From Tubiluchus corallicola (lineage: Eukaryota > Animalia > Priapulida): DNA of 64,000 nucleotides. The notes under the pieces are model-generated. The model worked only from the letters and a program-made list of their open reading frames with translations. It did not search any database and was not told the DNA's origin. How positions within the stretch are numbered: position 1 is the first letter of the stretch; every line of letters begins with the position of its first letter. This document shows, one piece after another, positions 37,453 through 52,400 of this stretch. The translations under genes were made by a program, and so were the position numbers. The DNA lies in NCBI GenBank assembly GCA_030141605.1, contig JAQGDQ010001035.1, forward strand, positions 4,535 to 68,534, given 5' to 3'.

Positions 37453-40400
37453 ATGACGAGCAAAGATGTTGAAGTTGAAAATGCTCCACTTGGCATGGAG
37501 CTGGAACACAAGACGTTACTAACCGAGGATGCTGTACAATTTGTTGCTGCCATGTCTAAAAAGTTTGATGCAGACGTAGATCTGGTAGGTTACATATCTG
37601 ATTGTGTTTAGGTGAAATTATTTTGATTTGGTCAGAGTGTCATTTTGTCCGCTTATTGCTTTTAAGTGTTGGCATCTTTCAAGAATTAAGAATTGATGTG
37701 TTTCCTTGCCATACCTCAATGATAGTTTATAGTGAACTGAGATGCAGGTGTTAGCTCTCCTTTGAGATGACCCGTGTACTTGGCATGTGTTTTAGGAATA
37801 ACATAATCAGTAAACTGCCTCCCTTTTGCCCACACTTTGCAAAAGTTGGTCAGTTAGAACATTTTGTCCTGTTTAGCATCTAGCGTGAAAGTTATTGTTA
37901 CATCTGGAACTAGTCACTAGGGGGTGAGCATCGAATGTTCAAATTCGATTCAAACGAGTTTTTTTTTAGTTCGAATGCTAACCTAACCTAAAATTATAGA
38001 TTCCAATAATTTAGCACTTCAACCACATAGGTTCTTTATCATTAAAATGTTTTAAGCGTCATGTAATTAGCACGGCCTCTTTGAGAACCAGTGTTTTCAA
38101 CGTGACATGGCCGTAAATTTATGTGCACCTATGTTAACTACCTGAAGCATATGACTATTTCAGATAATTTCTAGTTCAAAATTCTTATACATTTCTTACT
38201 GATTTGTTGAATTATGCTTTAATGCTTTAGTTTTTTTCTTCGTAGGTTTTGCAAGAACGAACAAGTAAAAAGCTGCAGTTGCTTCAGTCAGGAAAGCTAC
38301 CAGACTTTCCGGCGGAAACTCAACCGGTGCGCCGTAGTACCTGGCAGTGTGACCCCATTCCGCGTCGCTTACGAAACAGACATGTTGACCTGGGCGATGT
38401 GTCTCCTGCAAATACAACACATTTTGTACAGGCATTGCAGTCCAAAGCACAGGGAATACAGGTAAACTAAGAGAACCCCCAGTGGAGGTGCATATTTGCC
38501 CCAATCAGATTGACATATGCAGAGACTACTGCAAAAATGTGTGAATTGACATGAATTGGAATTGTCACTTAAAATTGTATTAAATTTACTCGAGATTAAC
38601 GACTTGTCAGTAACTTGACTTTTATCACATTTCATCAAAATCTCTCGGTGCTGAGTCCGATTTGGGTTAGGTTTATTTGGGAGATGAACAGCTCAGTTAT
38701 TTTGTGTACATTGTGTTTAATTACTGTAATCACTTAAACTTTGGAACGTATAACAAAGAAATTTCCAAAATAAACTGTCTGTAATGTTTAAAGTTAATTT
38801 ATACTACGGCTGTACTTATAATTTTCAGGCGCGGTGGTAGCTGCCATTCGCTTACAAATCATGAAGTAACTGGTCGTCTGCTTGAGTTTTCGCAAGCGCG
38901 TTGTAGCTTTCAGTGAGAGCACGCTGCTTAAGCTAATTCATACTTCTGCAGCTTACCTAATGTTCATGCAAAAATATCGCAAAATTAGTTATCTATTTTT
39001 TTTGTAAGAACTTATTAAACTTTGGATAGAAACTGACTTTCTTCAGTCGATAAAGAACATCATTGGTAGAAGAAATGGGCATTCAAAATCGGAACGCCCA
39101 ACTATGAAATGATCGCGACTTTAAAGTGATTTCACTAATTACACGAGGGACTTATTCCACTTTTATTACTAAATATTTCAAATATTTTACGTGACCACAA
39201 AAATAAGCTTATCTTCCCAGAAGAAATTTCCTGTGACCCATCAATGTGGTTTTAGTACCTCTTTTTAGAAAATTCTTTTCGTTGACAACAATTTTTACCG
39301 TTTTGCTGCCATAGTCTGCACATTAAAATAAGCCGGAGTATTGAGCGTAAATTGTGGCTTCCAATGTGCCAAAGTGTCTAAATAAATCTCCATTTGCACA
39401 TCTGTACGCGAGACTCGATTTCCAATTTTGAGGCTCGTTATGTGAATGTCCTATTTATTATGTGAACGATCATTGTGTTTTAATAGACTGATTTTGATGA
39501 TGGACACTGTCCAACGTGGGCTAATCAGTTGAGGGGTCTGTACAACGTGTATAGAGCGACTCGTAATATGATTCCAGGTAAGCAGCCGCCAAATCCGTTT
39601 CATTTCATGTCATTCTGTTCATTTCATTTTTGTTTATTTATTTATTAGCTGCTCACTTGTTCAGACAGTCGGTGCTTTGCAGAATATTATATTTTTACTT
39701 CTTAGTTTTATCTGTAATTAATAAAAATGCCATAATGAAGAAAAAGTGAAGACGCGACATTTTAACCCGCCCATATCTTCAGGTGGAAAATGAGTGCAAT
39801 CACTTTGTACTCCATTATTTTATTCGTATCTATGGCATATGGTCATAGACATTTCCATACATATAGTCTTTAAACATAAATTACACCATCCACGTTTTAA
39901 TTAATTAACTTTTTGCCAACAAACAAGTACTCCATTATTTTATTCGTATCTATGGCATACGGTCATAGACATTTCCATACATATAGTCTTTAAACATAAA
40001 TTACAACATCCACGTTTTAATTAATTAACTTTTTGCCAACAAACAAGTACTCCATTATTTTATTCGTATCTATGGCATATGGTCATAGACATTTCCATAC
40101 ATATAGTCTATATAGTCTTTAAACATAAATTACACCAGCCACGTTTTGAACTCAAACAGATTGTTTGCAAAAAAATTAAGACACTAGACCTTTCCTACCT
40201 AATACAGCGTTTGTATAATAATTGTATATTTTAATGTATTCTACAATGTTTTGATATTAAATTTTGTATACCCTTCTCAAATTTTGCTATTCTTGCCATA
40301 AACTAAAACCTGAAAACAAGATATTATTGACAAAAAGATTAAATTCGCATTTGACCGAAAAAATACGTGGAAAGTAAAAAAATATTTGCTGAAACTGTGA

Positions 40401-43400
40401 AAACATCCTGAGTACATGAGGTCCGTGCCTTAACTAGGGGGTGAGCATCGAACGTTCGAGTTCGATTCGAACGACTTTTTTTAGTTCAAATTCGATTCGA
40501 ACCTAAAATTATAGATTCCAATAATTTAGCACTTCAACCACATAGGTTCTTTATCATTAAAATGTTTTAAGCGTCATGTAATTAGCACTGCTTAGATATG
40601 ATTTCTGCACACAATCTTTAAACAAATTAACAGTGGTTTTACTGCAGAGAAAAATCGAGCAATATACGTGTTCGATACTGGCGGTTCGAAAATCTTTCCA
40701 ACTCAATTCGAATTCGGTTCGAATTTGAAATACTGAAATTCGGTTCGATTCGAATTTGAAAGTCACAAATTCGGTTCGATTTGATGTCTCTTTGTAGTAG
40801 AGAATGCTCGTCTCTAGCCTTGACTACCCATAGCCACTTTGCAGTTTACCGAACTGCAAAGAGTTGTTCGGCTGTTGCTGTCAGTGTAAAAACAAGTGTG
40901 CATAGTTCAACAAGTGAAGGATCGAGACCCATGAAGACATGAGAGTGATGAGAGAGGAACATGTTTTAGCTACATTTGCACTTTTTCAGTAGACTAATCC
41001 CCACCTTTGGTTTTGCGTAATCTTGTGAAGAAGCTTTATTAACAACATCAGAATGAGTGTTAATAAAAATAGCATTAAAATGGCACAAATTGTGTTATTC
41101 TGTTTTAAAAGTGCATTAGTAATGTGTAAACAGTGCAATTATTATACATGTTTTTGCTTCCCGACTGACTACTTTACTAGCTGCCGTTTCTATAAAGTGA
41201 CACATGTGAACAAACTTTGTGCAAAGGAATTCTACCTGTAACTGTTCCTATAGCAACCAGACTACATAGTAAAGTGGTAGACACAGTGCTTTGATATGAT
41301 AAAATTTCCAAGGTCATCTCATGCAGCACTTGGCCTTGACTTTGTAGTGTTTATTGTTTAATGGCTGCCTAGGTTTAAATCTTAATGAAAGAGAAATCAC
41401 TAGCTAGGTACATATAGGTAAGAAAGTTAGGTGGTTTCAGGTGGAAAAAAATAGACTAGTAGAAACCATAAAGAAACTTATACATTGCCTGATTTTCTCC
41501 AAAAATACTATTTCATAAGATGACATGCATTATTAATCTCAGTACAAGTTCTTAACTAAAGATCAACATTTCAACTTCTGTGGTTTTTCTTTGCTCGAGT
41601 TTTGTTACATGATGGGATTGAATCTACTAGTTTGTCGCTTTCACTTTGAGCCTAGTAGCTAAGAAAGCTAAAGTGTCCTTGCTTTTGTCGATTACGTATT
41701 TTTTGCAACAGTTACTTAGAACTGCAGCAAGAGATGGCTAGAAGATCAACTTTATTAATAAACTTAGAGTTTATATGAAAATAATTCTTAGTCATAACGT
41801 AATCCTGCAACAATACATCCAGGTGCTTCTAGAATTTTAATTTTGAAGGATTGTGGTGCTGAATAGCGGGGTTGAGTAAACTGGTGCAGGAAAAAGACAT
41901 TCAGTCAATTCACTATCAAGCAGTCATTGAGATGTTTTGGCATATATGACAGTTTCAATCCTAAATGGATTTGTATCACATGATTGCTATTCCTGTGCTT
42001 GTAGTTATATACGTTTAAGTATTTTGAACTTCTTTATCACGACTGCAAATGCATTATACTGATTTTGCTTCGGTATACAGGTGTTCCGCGTATAGCCAAG
42101 GCACCGATTCTGATGTTGAGACCTCGTGCATGGAACATGATTGAACACAACATGTTGGTGAGTGATCAGCGCCATATATTTGCACAAAAATAATGAATCT
42201 GAAAATCTGTAGCTACTATAAAAGCTTGGATATTATCATTTAATTTCAGACGCATTGAAATTATTTGTGTTCAGCAGATTCTTTTTTATACTCATGTCAT
42301 CAAGGGCATCTTTGCCATATATAGATGTACATATATATTGTTTTAACGATACTGAACATTTGACACCTTGCCTTCACTTAACGACTCGCGTTTCATTTTA
42401 ACAACGATTTTTTTGCTTTGCTGAAAGCCAATTTTCATTTTATCAACAACTTTTTTTCCTTAATTTGAAGCATTAAAATGGCACAAATTGCATTATTCTG
42501 TTTTAAAAGTGCATTAGTAATGTATAAACAGTGCAATTATTATACATGCTTTTGCTTCCCGACTGACTACTATACTATCTGCCGTTTCTATAAAGCGACA
42601 CCTGTGAACAAACTTTGTGCAAGGAATTCTACCTGTAACTGTTCCTATAGCAACCAAACTATGCAGTAAAGTGGTTGACACAGTGCTTTAATATGATAAA
42701 ATTTCCAAGGTCATCTCATGCAGCTCTTGGCCTTGACTCTGAAGTGTTTATTGTTTAATTGCTGCCTAGGTTTAAACCTTAATGAAAGAAAAATCACTAG
42801 CTAGGTACATATAGGTAAGAAAGTTAGGTGGTTTCAGGTGGAAAAAAATAGACTAGTAGAAACCATAAAGAACCTTATACATTGCCTAATTGATATGATT
42901 GAAGCAGCATTTAATCTTTGTCTCTGGAACATATCCCGATTCTTTTAATTTCTGTGGATGTTTTGGTTTCGTTTAACGACGTTTCGCTTAACGTCGCACT
43001 TTGCTGGAACTCATTGGCGTCATTAAGCGAGAACTTACTGTATTATATAGATCTTTCTTGTGGGGTTAAGTAGCCATGGACATAGCATCTGGAGATCACC
43101 CAGCCATTTTACTGTGCTGGCACAGTGTTGCTTAACTGCTGTTATTAACCACACGTCCGGATCGCTAAGTTTATTTGTTAGTTGGATCTGGCTTGCTTAC
43201 ATTAGATAGCTGTGCAATTGTTGGCACGGTTAGATGACCGTTTATTCAAAATTTCGCCTTTTAAGGGCAAGAAATGCAATTTTCAAGTACTCTTGTCGGT
43301 TTATGCATTATTATAATGTGCAAACTTTCATTGCTATGTTACCCATTTCTCAGAACTATAACTCCCTTTGTCTGTTATGCTAAATTACTCAGCAAATTGT

Positions 43401-46400
43401 CTCATTTTTAGGTGGCTGGAAAGGAAGTAATGGGGCCAATATTTGACTTTGCGCTGTTGATGTACCACAATGCTAAGCTACTCTACCAGGCTGAGAGTGG
43501 TCCATTCTTCTACTTGTCAAAGGTTGCCAAACTTTACTACCTTTTTACATTTCAGTCATGACACTGTATAACGGAAGTGGTGCTGACAAGTCACTGGCAT
43601 AGCAGTGTCTGGTTTTTTTGCTGATTACTGCTGCGTTTACCTGTCTGAAAGCAGATTTCTTTTATTTTAGAATTCTGCCGGCCCAATGTCTACAATAGAC
43701 ATGACGGGTGTACGATGATGATGATGATGATGATGATCATGACACTGTCAGATGCATGTGACTAAGTTTGCTGTTCAGTGATTCTTATGATGTCTTAAAG
43801 CCTGTTAGCAGTTCATTACGACATGTTTTATGTGCAGTTTGGTACATTGGATTTTAACATTTTGCAAGGCTTAACATAGCGCTTCTGTGGGCATTTTATA
43901 ATCTTTTTCTGTAACAAAATCAGAACTCATGTTTTTATCAAGGAGTGGCAAGGATAATCATCTGGAAAAAACACGTTGTATCCAAAGGATGCCTTGGCCA
44001 ATATGCATCGTTCCTCGGTGGAAAAATAGTTTTGCATTTTCCCAGCACTCCCCCAACCATTTACTAGCCAGATTTAGCTCTGCTTATCTTTATAACCATA
44101 CACACACTGGATCGCACGACTATCTGCTTTCCTCTTCAAGTTCTTGCAGTATGCACATGCTTAATATTGTTTGTCTTTTTGCCTGCGCGTATGTGAAATA
44201 TATCAGTCGTTCTAAGATTGTAAACTATAAGTGTGCGAAGACAACCAGGTAAGTTTTCTTTTTTATTTCCACAGGTTGAAAGTCACAAAGAAGCCAGATT
44301 ATGGAACAGCATTTTCATTTGGGCACAAGAACGGGTATCATTATTGCATTAGAATAAATTTTACAATTGTTCGTTGTTCTATTTTGTTTTTATGGACATT
44401 GCCTTAAATGTCACTGCATGTCATTTGGAGTAAGGAAGAAGCTACTAGAGCTGAGAGAGGATAAACAACATTGACTTTCCACTTATGATCAGACAGTATA
44501 ATATAGGCTCTATTCAAACTTTTACGTATTGGAGAAGTATACGTGCCTAATGGCGATCTAGCGTATGCGGTGTTAAGTCCGTTTAATGGCTAGTGTAATA
44601 TTCCTACCCAGATTTCAGGGAAGGTATTCCGTAGTCTATGGTTTCCTAAACCCATTCGCAATTTTCCGTAAATTATGTTTGAGTTTCATGTCCAAAAATG
44701 GTTCGTGTGACACTTCTTAGGACATTTGAAGAGAAAAACTGTAAATAGACACAGACTTTTTAAGTCTTCCACATACTGACGGGACTCGATAGTAAAATTG
44801 CGGTACGATTTCGATTTCGATAAACATTACAAAAAATTGCAATACGATTTCGAAAAATGATAAGTATTTACGATACGATTTCGATAAACGATAAGGATTT
44901 ACGATACGATTTCGATAAACGATAAGGATTTACGATACGATTTCGATAAACGATAAGGATTTACGATACGATTTCGATAAACGATAAGGATTTACGATAC
45001 GATTTCGAAAAATGATAAGTATTTACGATACGATTTCGATAAACGATAAGGATTTACGATACGATTTCGATAAACGATAAGGATTTACGATATGATTTCG
45101 ATAAACGATAAGGATTTACGATACGATTTCGATAAACGATAAGGATTTACGATACAATTTCGATAATCGATAAGGATTTACGATACGATTTCGATAAACG
45201 ATAAGTATTTACGATACAATTTCGATAATCGATAAGGATTTAGGATACAATTTCGATAAACGATAAGTATTTACGATACAATTTCGATAATCGATAAGGA
45301 TTTAGGATACAATTTCGATAAACGATAAGGATTTAGGATACGATTTCAATAAACGATAAGTATTTACGATACAATTTCGATAAACGATAAAGATTTAGGA
45401 TACGATTTCGATAAACGATAAGTATTTACGATACAATTTCGATAAACGATAAGGATTTACGATACAATTTCGATAAACGATAAGGATTTACGATACGATT
45501 TCGATAAACGATAAGATTTACGATACAATTTCGATAAATGATAAGTATTTATGATACAATTTCGATAAACGATAAGTATTTACGATACAATTTTAATAAA
45601 TGATAAGGATTTAGGATACGATTTCGATAAACGATACAATTGTTTTACAAGCATTGTACATACTGTACTACACAGTGCAAACTGCAAAGCATCATTTTAT
45701 ATAATTAATGCTACCAGGTTTTGAAGTTATTAACACGATGATATAAACTGTTGTTCTCAATGTGTTTATTATTGCTAAGGCACACAAATCGTGGAAATGA
45801 CACATCGATACTCCGATTATATCGATTTTGTGTGGTTTCTATCGGATAATCATTTATTTTATTGATTCGATAATAGATAAAAAATAGATTTTGTTTTGTA
45901 TCGATTCGAAAACCGATAAAAAAATTGATTTTTCGTGGATGAAACGATAACCAATTCCCATCACTACTTCCACATACACATTACTGAAAGACATTTGACG
46001 AGACTTTATAGGAGTTTTTCTTTACTTCTCTGTGAATGAAATTCAACGTACTTGGTTCAAGATTACTTTATTTCATACAACTTTACAGGCAATATCTTGT
46101 GGCAAAGAAATTGCACGTATGAAAACTTGTTCAATTAAACCTGATGTGTCAGCTTTTAAAAACTGCTTTATTGCAGAGAAGAAATTACTGCTTCTCAATG
46201 ACCAATTAGTTAACTGGATGATGCAACAATGTACAGATTAGAAAGCAATAAATCTAATATGAACAGTGACATTTAACCCGGTGATTAAGATGCATATATC
46301 GAAAAATGTGAACCAATACGGTACTTTATCTCGTGTATGTAATATCGGTATCCATTTGCCCCAAGTTTCTCATGTTAAAATGTGTTAAAGAATAGGATCT

Positions 46401-49400
46401 TCATGATCATTTTACCTGGTTGCAGCTCGGTCTTCCTAGAGGAACAATAAAAGCAACTGTTTTAATAGAGAACATTCTGGCTTCATTTGAAATGCATGAA
46501 ATCTTGTATGAACTGCGTGAGCATTCGGCTGGACTTAACTGTGGCATCTGGGACTACTCGGCATCTTTCGTCAATAAGTTTGGTAAGATTTCAGGTTCAG
46601 TTCTAGCTTAAATCATATTGTTTGTAAAAAGAGCTTAATAATGGTAATTCTTGTGAGTTACTGATGGGTGCTATGTTGTGGAACACCAATATCGTAGAGA
46701 CTTGTGGTAATTCTTGTGAGTTACTGATGGTTGCTGTGTTGTGGAACACCAACATCGTAGAGACTTGTGGTAATTCTTGTGAGTTACTGATGGGTGCTAT
46801 GTTGTGGAACACCAACATCGTAGAGACTTGTGGTAATTCTTGTGAGTTACTGATGTGTGCTATGTTGTGGAACACCAACATCGTAGAGACTTGTGGTAAT
46901 TCTTGTGAGTTACTGATGGTTGCTGTGTTGTGGAAGACCAATATCGTAGAGACTTCTGGTAATTCTTGTGAGTTACTGATGTGTGCTATTTTGTGGAACA
47001 CCAACATCGTAGAGACTTGTGGTAATTCTTGTGAGTTACTGATGTGTGCTATGTTGTGGAACACCAACATCGTAGAGACTTCTGGTAATTCTTGTGAGTT
47101 ACTGATTGTAACGACCAGCTTAGCATATATCTTTGTATTTGTAACTAGATTTAGTTATTACTAACTTAACTTCGTTGTAGAACGAGATATGTTTTTCTGG
47201 CCAATGTAAACTTTATGGTAGTATACGTAATTTAGTTTGGGCTGTATAAAATTGTTGTTTATAGCTGTTCAATGTATAAACCAGGTGTTGGACTTTAGTT
47301 ATGCGCATAGGTCAAATCTAGGGTAAACTCGTCGAACGGATATGCAAATACGGGTTATCCTGCTATAGTGTTATTGAAGCCAGACTATTAGACAACCGGC
47401 TTTAGAGGTCTTTTCACACAGATGTGTAGAGAACGACGTGGCTCTTGGCAAGAGAGACTTGCGGGCAGATATAATGCTGGACAGTTTTTTTAACATATGT
47501 TTTGCCTCTTTGCATATAAATCGTGCAACTTTAGCTGGCTCTACCTAACGCTAATGTTTAGTGAAAGTTCCAACTACGTGTTAGTGACTATTTGGGCAGT
47601 TCTAGTATCAAGCCCAGTTCACCATTTGTTTACATCGAGTTACATTGTGACATCTGACGCGATAACCAAACTACCGGGCTACCAACGCAGAACGCTTCCG
47701 GGAATGACTCCCATCTGCTTATGACTTCGCAGTTCAGCTATGCTCTAAACACCCGGGTGTTGCACACCGATGTTGTGGATCCGCCACCTTCGTCGTCGTG
47801 CTACCGCCGATAAGTATTGCTGACGTATACTTTCATTGATGCAGAGACTGTAAGTGATAAATTCTCGTTTCTTTTGTTTAACTACTAGGCCACAGCCTGT
47901 TGCTTCCTTTTGTACAACGATACTTGCTTCGACTGGCAGTGGCTGGTAAAACTAAGACTCAGTTGGAAGTGCTGATAGCTTACATTACAACCTCGTGTGG
48001 ATGAAGCCTTACTTTATAGACTTACTATTAACAAGTATTGGTGAACTATTAGATTATTTTCTTTCGTTAGCCAAAAGTAATTTTTGAGTATTGTTTGTAG
48101 CATCTGAAAGTATTTCCAGCCTGTAAATTTTGAGTTGTGTAGCAACACATGTTTATTGAACTGGTACCCGGGTACAAATTAACTGCTGTCATTTGGTTTG
48201 AACTAATTTTATATAATCAACATTTATGAATATTAAAGGCTTATCTTATCATAAAAACTGCATAAAATTAGTTTCAAGTTTTGTATTCAAGAAATAATTG
48301 AGTAAAAACTGAGTAGTATGACACACGCTACCAAACAATAAGAGCGCTGATTGCTCATACTTGATTGTGAGATCCGCCCCACATTACACTGGTGGCAGCG
48401 GTGGGATCAGATCTCAATTACGCCAGTCATTCTATTCATTTAGTTTTGAATAATTGATATGTTATTTAGGCATTGGTTTAATGCTCATTGTTTCTAGTTA
48501 TCTAGATGTTTTTCAGCACATTGTAACTGTTTCAAATGGAAGGATACATTGAACTTACCCGCCCCCAGTTGGAACTACTTAGTCCTGAAGCACTTCGAGG
48601 AATAGCTCATAGCCGTAATCTGGTTCATGAAAGACGTAACTGCGAGCAGCTGATTTCATCTATTTTGCATAGTCAGACCATTAGGAGACCGCCAGCTTTG
48701 GATCCTAAAATGATGGAAAGTGGCTCCATCACTGGATATCAGCCTGGTGCCAAATCCGAAGATGGTGCACATAAATTAGATGAAGTGACACAGTCTTCTC
48801 ACGTTGAAGAAGAAGACCCTGTTCAACAGCTAGCAGATAAATCACCACCTCCAGAATTGGATATAATGGCAGGAGATCCTGACCCTTTGTGTATGGATCC
48901 ACTACCTAGAGGTAAACGACAACCTGCCCACGTGAATGCAGGCCAATTACCAGATGTGGATTTAACCCAGTATGCTGGATTCGATGCAGAACGGCTTGCA
49001 ATGCTGCTGGAATTTCAACGCGAACGTATGAAACATGAAAGTGAAGAACGTGCTAAGGAACGTCAACACACATTGCAGCTGCACAAGATGAGTCTGTCTT
49101 TCGAATCTGAGATGGCAGCCACATCGGAATCCAGGCATCCACGTTGTACTACAGCTAATACTCAAGAGGGAGCTATTGAAGATAGATCTACTCCAAGACA
49201 TGAGAGTCTAAAGATTAAATACTTTGGAGAAGGGTCACAGGAACCTGATCTAGCTGAATACTTTAGCTACTTGGAGCGCTGTCTGGTGGTAAACAGGATA
49301 CCCAAGAAGGATTGGCCATGTGTCCTATCTCGTGCCTTAGCAGGACATACTAAAGCCCTCCGTGCTTACAACTGTGTCCCCCAGGGAGACTTGCAGGACT

Positions 49401-52400
49401 ATGACAAGATCAAAGAGTGTGTTCTTTCTTTCTTCTCCTTGACTCCAGATTACTATCGTCAAACCTTCCGGAAAGTGACACGAGGTGTGGATGAGTGTTA
49501 CCGTGCATATTTTACTCGAGTTAAAAATGCAGGGGATCTTTGGCTACAAGCAGCTAATGTTCAGACATTGGAACAAGCAAAAGATTTGTTCTATCTGGAG
49601 CAAGCTTTAAGTCGTGTTCCCCCACAGATTGCCAGATGGGTCCGACGTAATAACATAACAGGCTTTGATGATGTTGCTATCAAATGTGACTACTATGCAT
49701 ACTCTGAAGGATTAGATTTAGATAAGCAATCACACTACAGTAGCAGGGGTAAGCCAATGAAGCAGCATCGGTCCAGCAAGAATAACAAGCCAGTAGATGA
49801 GCCACGTGAGGCTGAGAGCCTCCAGAAGTCAGCAAGATGCTTCAACTGCGGTGGATATGGACATTATGCAGCTAGCTGTCCTAGAGCAAAACATCCACCC
49901 AAAGCAAATATGCCAATGGCTAGGACGAATGCCATAAGAGGACAGATCCAGTACACTGAACTCTCCTCCACTGATGGAATCACTTATGGTAAAGATGAAC
50001 CATATTGTTTTCCAGCTCGAATAAATGGCTATAAGGTTGACGTACAGCGTGACACAGGGGCTAACGTAAACTGCATACATCGTCGCTATGTCAATGTTGA
50101 GCAGCTAGTACCCGGACGAACAGTCGACATATTGTGCGGTCATGGTGATCGACGCCCATGTGAAGTGGCAAGACTACCAATAGAGAGCCAGGCGGTGACT
50201 GGAGAGTTAGAGTTTGTGGTTCAAGACAAACTGCCATCAGATTGTCTTCTAGGAAACAACTATATGGAAACCTTCATCCCAAAATCCATGGTAGGGAAGA
50301 GGCTCCCAAATGATGTTTCACAGAGAGAAGACCATTGCACCAATTCTAGTACCCAGACGTCTAGTTCTCAGTTGAAGAAACCAAAGACAAGGAAAATCAC
50401 AAAGAAACCCTCCAATGCTAGGCCTACAATCGCAAATGTAGCTGAGGTGGCAAACAGTGGTGACCAATATAGTCAAGATAGAGACATTGATGCTGACGTC
50501 AAGACACAAGTTATGACTAGAACCCAAGTAAAGAAACTGCAGGAAGAAGACCAACATGAAGTAGCCCCAGAAGATGAGCTGAATAGCGTGCTAGACGAAA
50601 AGCCATTTTGTGCCGGCGAGGACCGTGACAAACTCAGACAGCAGCAACAAGGGTGCGTAACGCTGAAGCCACTGTTCGACAGTGTAATTCCAGAAGAGGA
50701 AGCTGTACAGTTAGGCAAAGGTTACTACATAAAAGATGGTCTACTTCTGCTTTTCCTGAGACGAGCCAAAGACAAGGAAGGGAAAAGCTTGATAGTCCTG
50801 CCAAAAGAGAGGAGAGCTGAAGTACTGAAAATGGCTCACGACAATAAACTGGCAGCACATTTTGGAATACAAAAGACAACACAGAAGGTGCTGAGCATGT
50901 TCTTTTGGCCACAAGTGCATAGCGACATAAGAGCTTACGTACGTAGTTGCCCAATATGCCAGAAATGTTCGAAGAGAAGGACTGCAGACCGAGTCAAACT
51001 GCGACCAATCTCTGTGGATCAACTACCCTTCCAGAAAGTGTCAATGGATTATATAGGGCCACTTGCACGTACGAAAAGTGGTAATAAGTATGCACTAGTG
51101 ATAACTGACTATTGCACCAGATACCCGGAAGTTTATCCAACAAAGTCACAGATGGCTGAGTGCACCGTAAAGGCCCTACTATGTTACATAGCAACATATG
51201 GTGTACCAATGGAGATTGTAACCGATCAAGGTCCGGCTTTTGTTTCACAAGTCCTACAGGATCTGGAGGCTGTGCTAGGTACACGAGGTATATTGGCTAC
51301 TCCATATCATCCCCAGACATCTGGCCTGACTGAGAGGTACAATCAAACTTTGAAGACATCAATTCGAAAGCTCCAGATGAGTGCAGGATCCTGGGAGTGG
51401 GACGAACTTATTCCGTTAGTACTTTTTGCATACCGGGATTGTCCCCAAAGTTCTACCTTATACTCACCATTCGAGATGGTGTACGGGTTTCCGATCAGAG
51501 GCCCGTTAGCTATGTTACGTGAGAGATTTGACTTACAGAGACCCAAGCAGCTGACAGATGTCCACACTTTTGTGCAAGAGCTCATGGATCGGATGGAGCA
51601 GGTGACCAATGAAGCTCACGAGTCACTGCGTGAAGCACAACTCGCTCAAAAGAAGTGGTACGATCAGAAAGCACGGGAAAGATCTTTAGAAGTAGGCAGT
51701 AAAGTCTTGGTTTTGTTGCCAAAGAGTACAAAGAAGCTGCAACGTGTATGGAAAGGACCATACCAAGTGTTGGAAAAGGTGTCTGACCAAGTCTATAAAA
51801 TTGCTTTTCGTGGTAAGAAGCATCGGCAGAAATGCTTCCACATAAACCTGCTACGCCCTTGGGTAGAGCGCACTGAAGGTCATGTGATGCTGTCTATAGC
51901 CACTCCGGGAAAAGGCAATGAGACGTATCAGGAAGGCGAGGTACAGGAGCATATGTTTCCACCAGTTACACAACAAACCCAAAGTGTGGATGATATTAGC
52001 ATACCCGACCACCTCTCCAAGACTCAGAAGCAGCAGCTGATGCACATACTTCGTAAACATGCTGATGTGTTTTCAGATGTGCCGGGTTGCACAGATCTGA
52101 TACAGCACGAGATTTTTGTTCCTAAAGACTATAAGCCTATTCGTCAAGCTCCATATCGTGTGCCAAAAGCACAAGAAGAAGCACTTCGGAGAGAAGTCGA
52201 TGAGATGATTAAGCTGGGTATAATCCAGAAGTCAGACTCCAGTACAACAAGTCCAGTTGTAGTTGTTCCCAAAAAGGATGGGACTATCCGATGTTGTGTT
52301 AACTACATCAAGCTCAATGAAGTCACAACCTTTGACCCATACCCAATCCCAAACATGCAGGAACTGCTCAGCAATATGCATGGAGCCAAGTATATGACGA

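Noticed and set aside
47497-47724. 75-aa ORF duplicated at 53889
   Set aside because: Lies within the two LTRs; no coding evidence.
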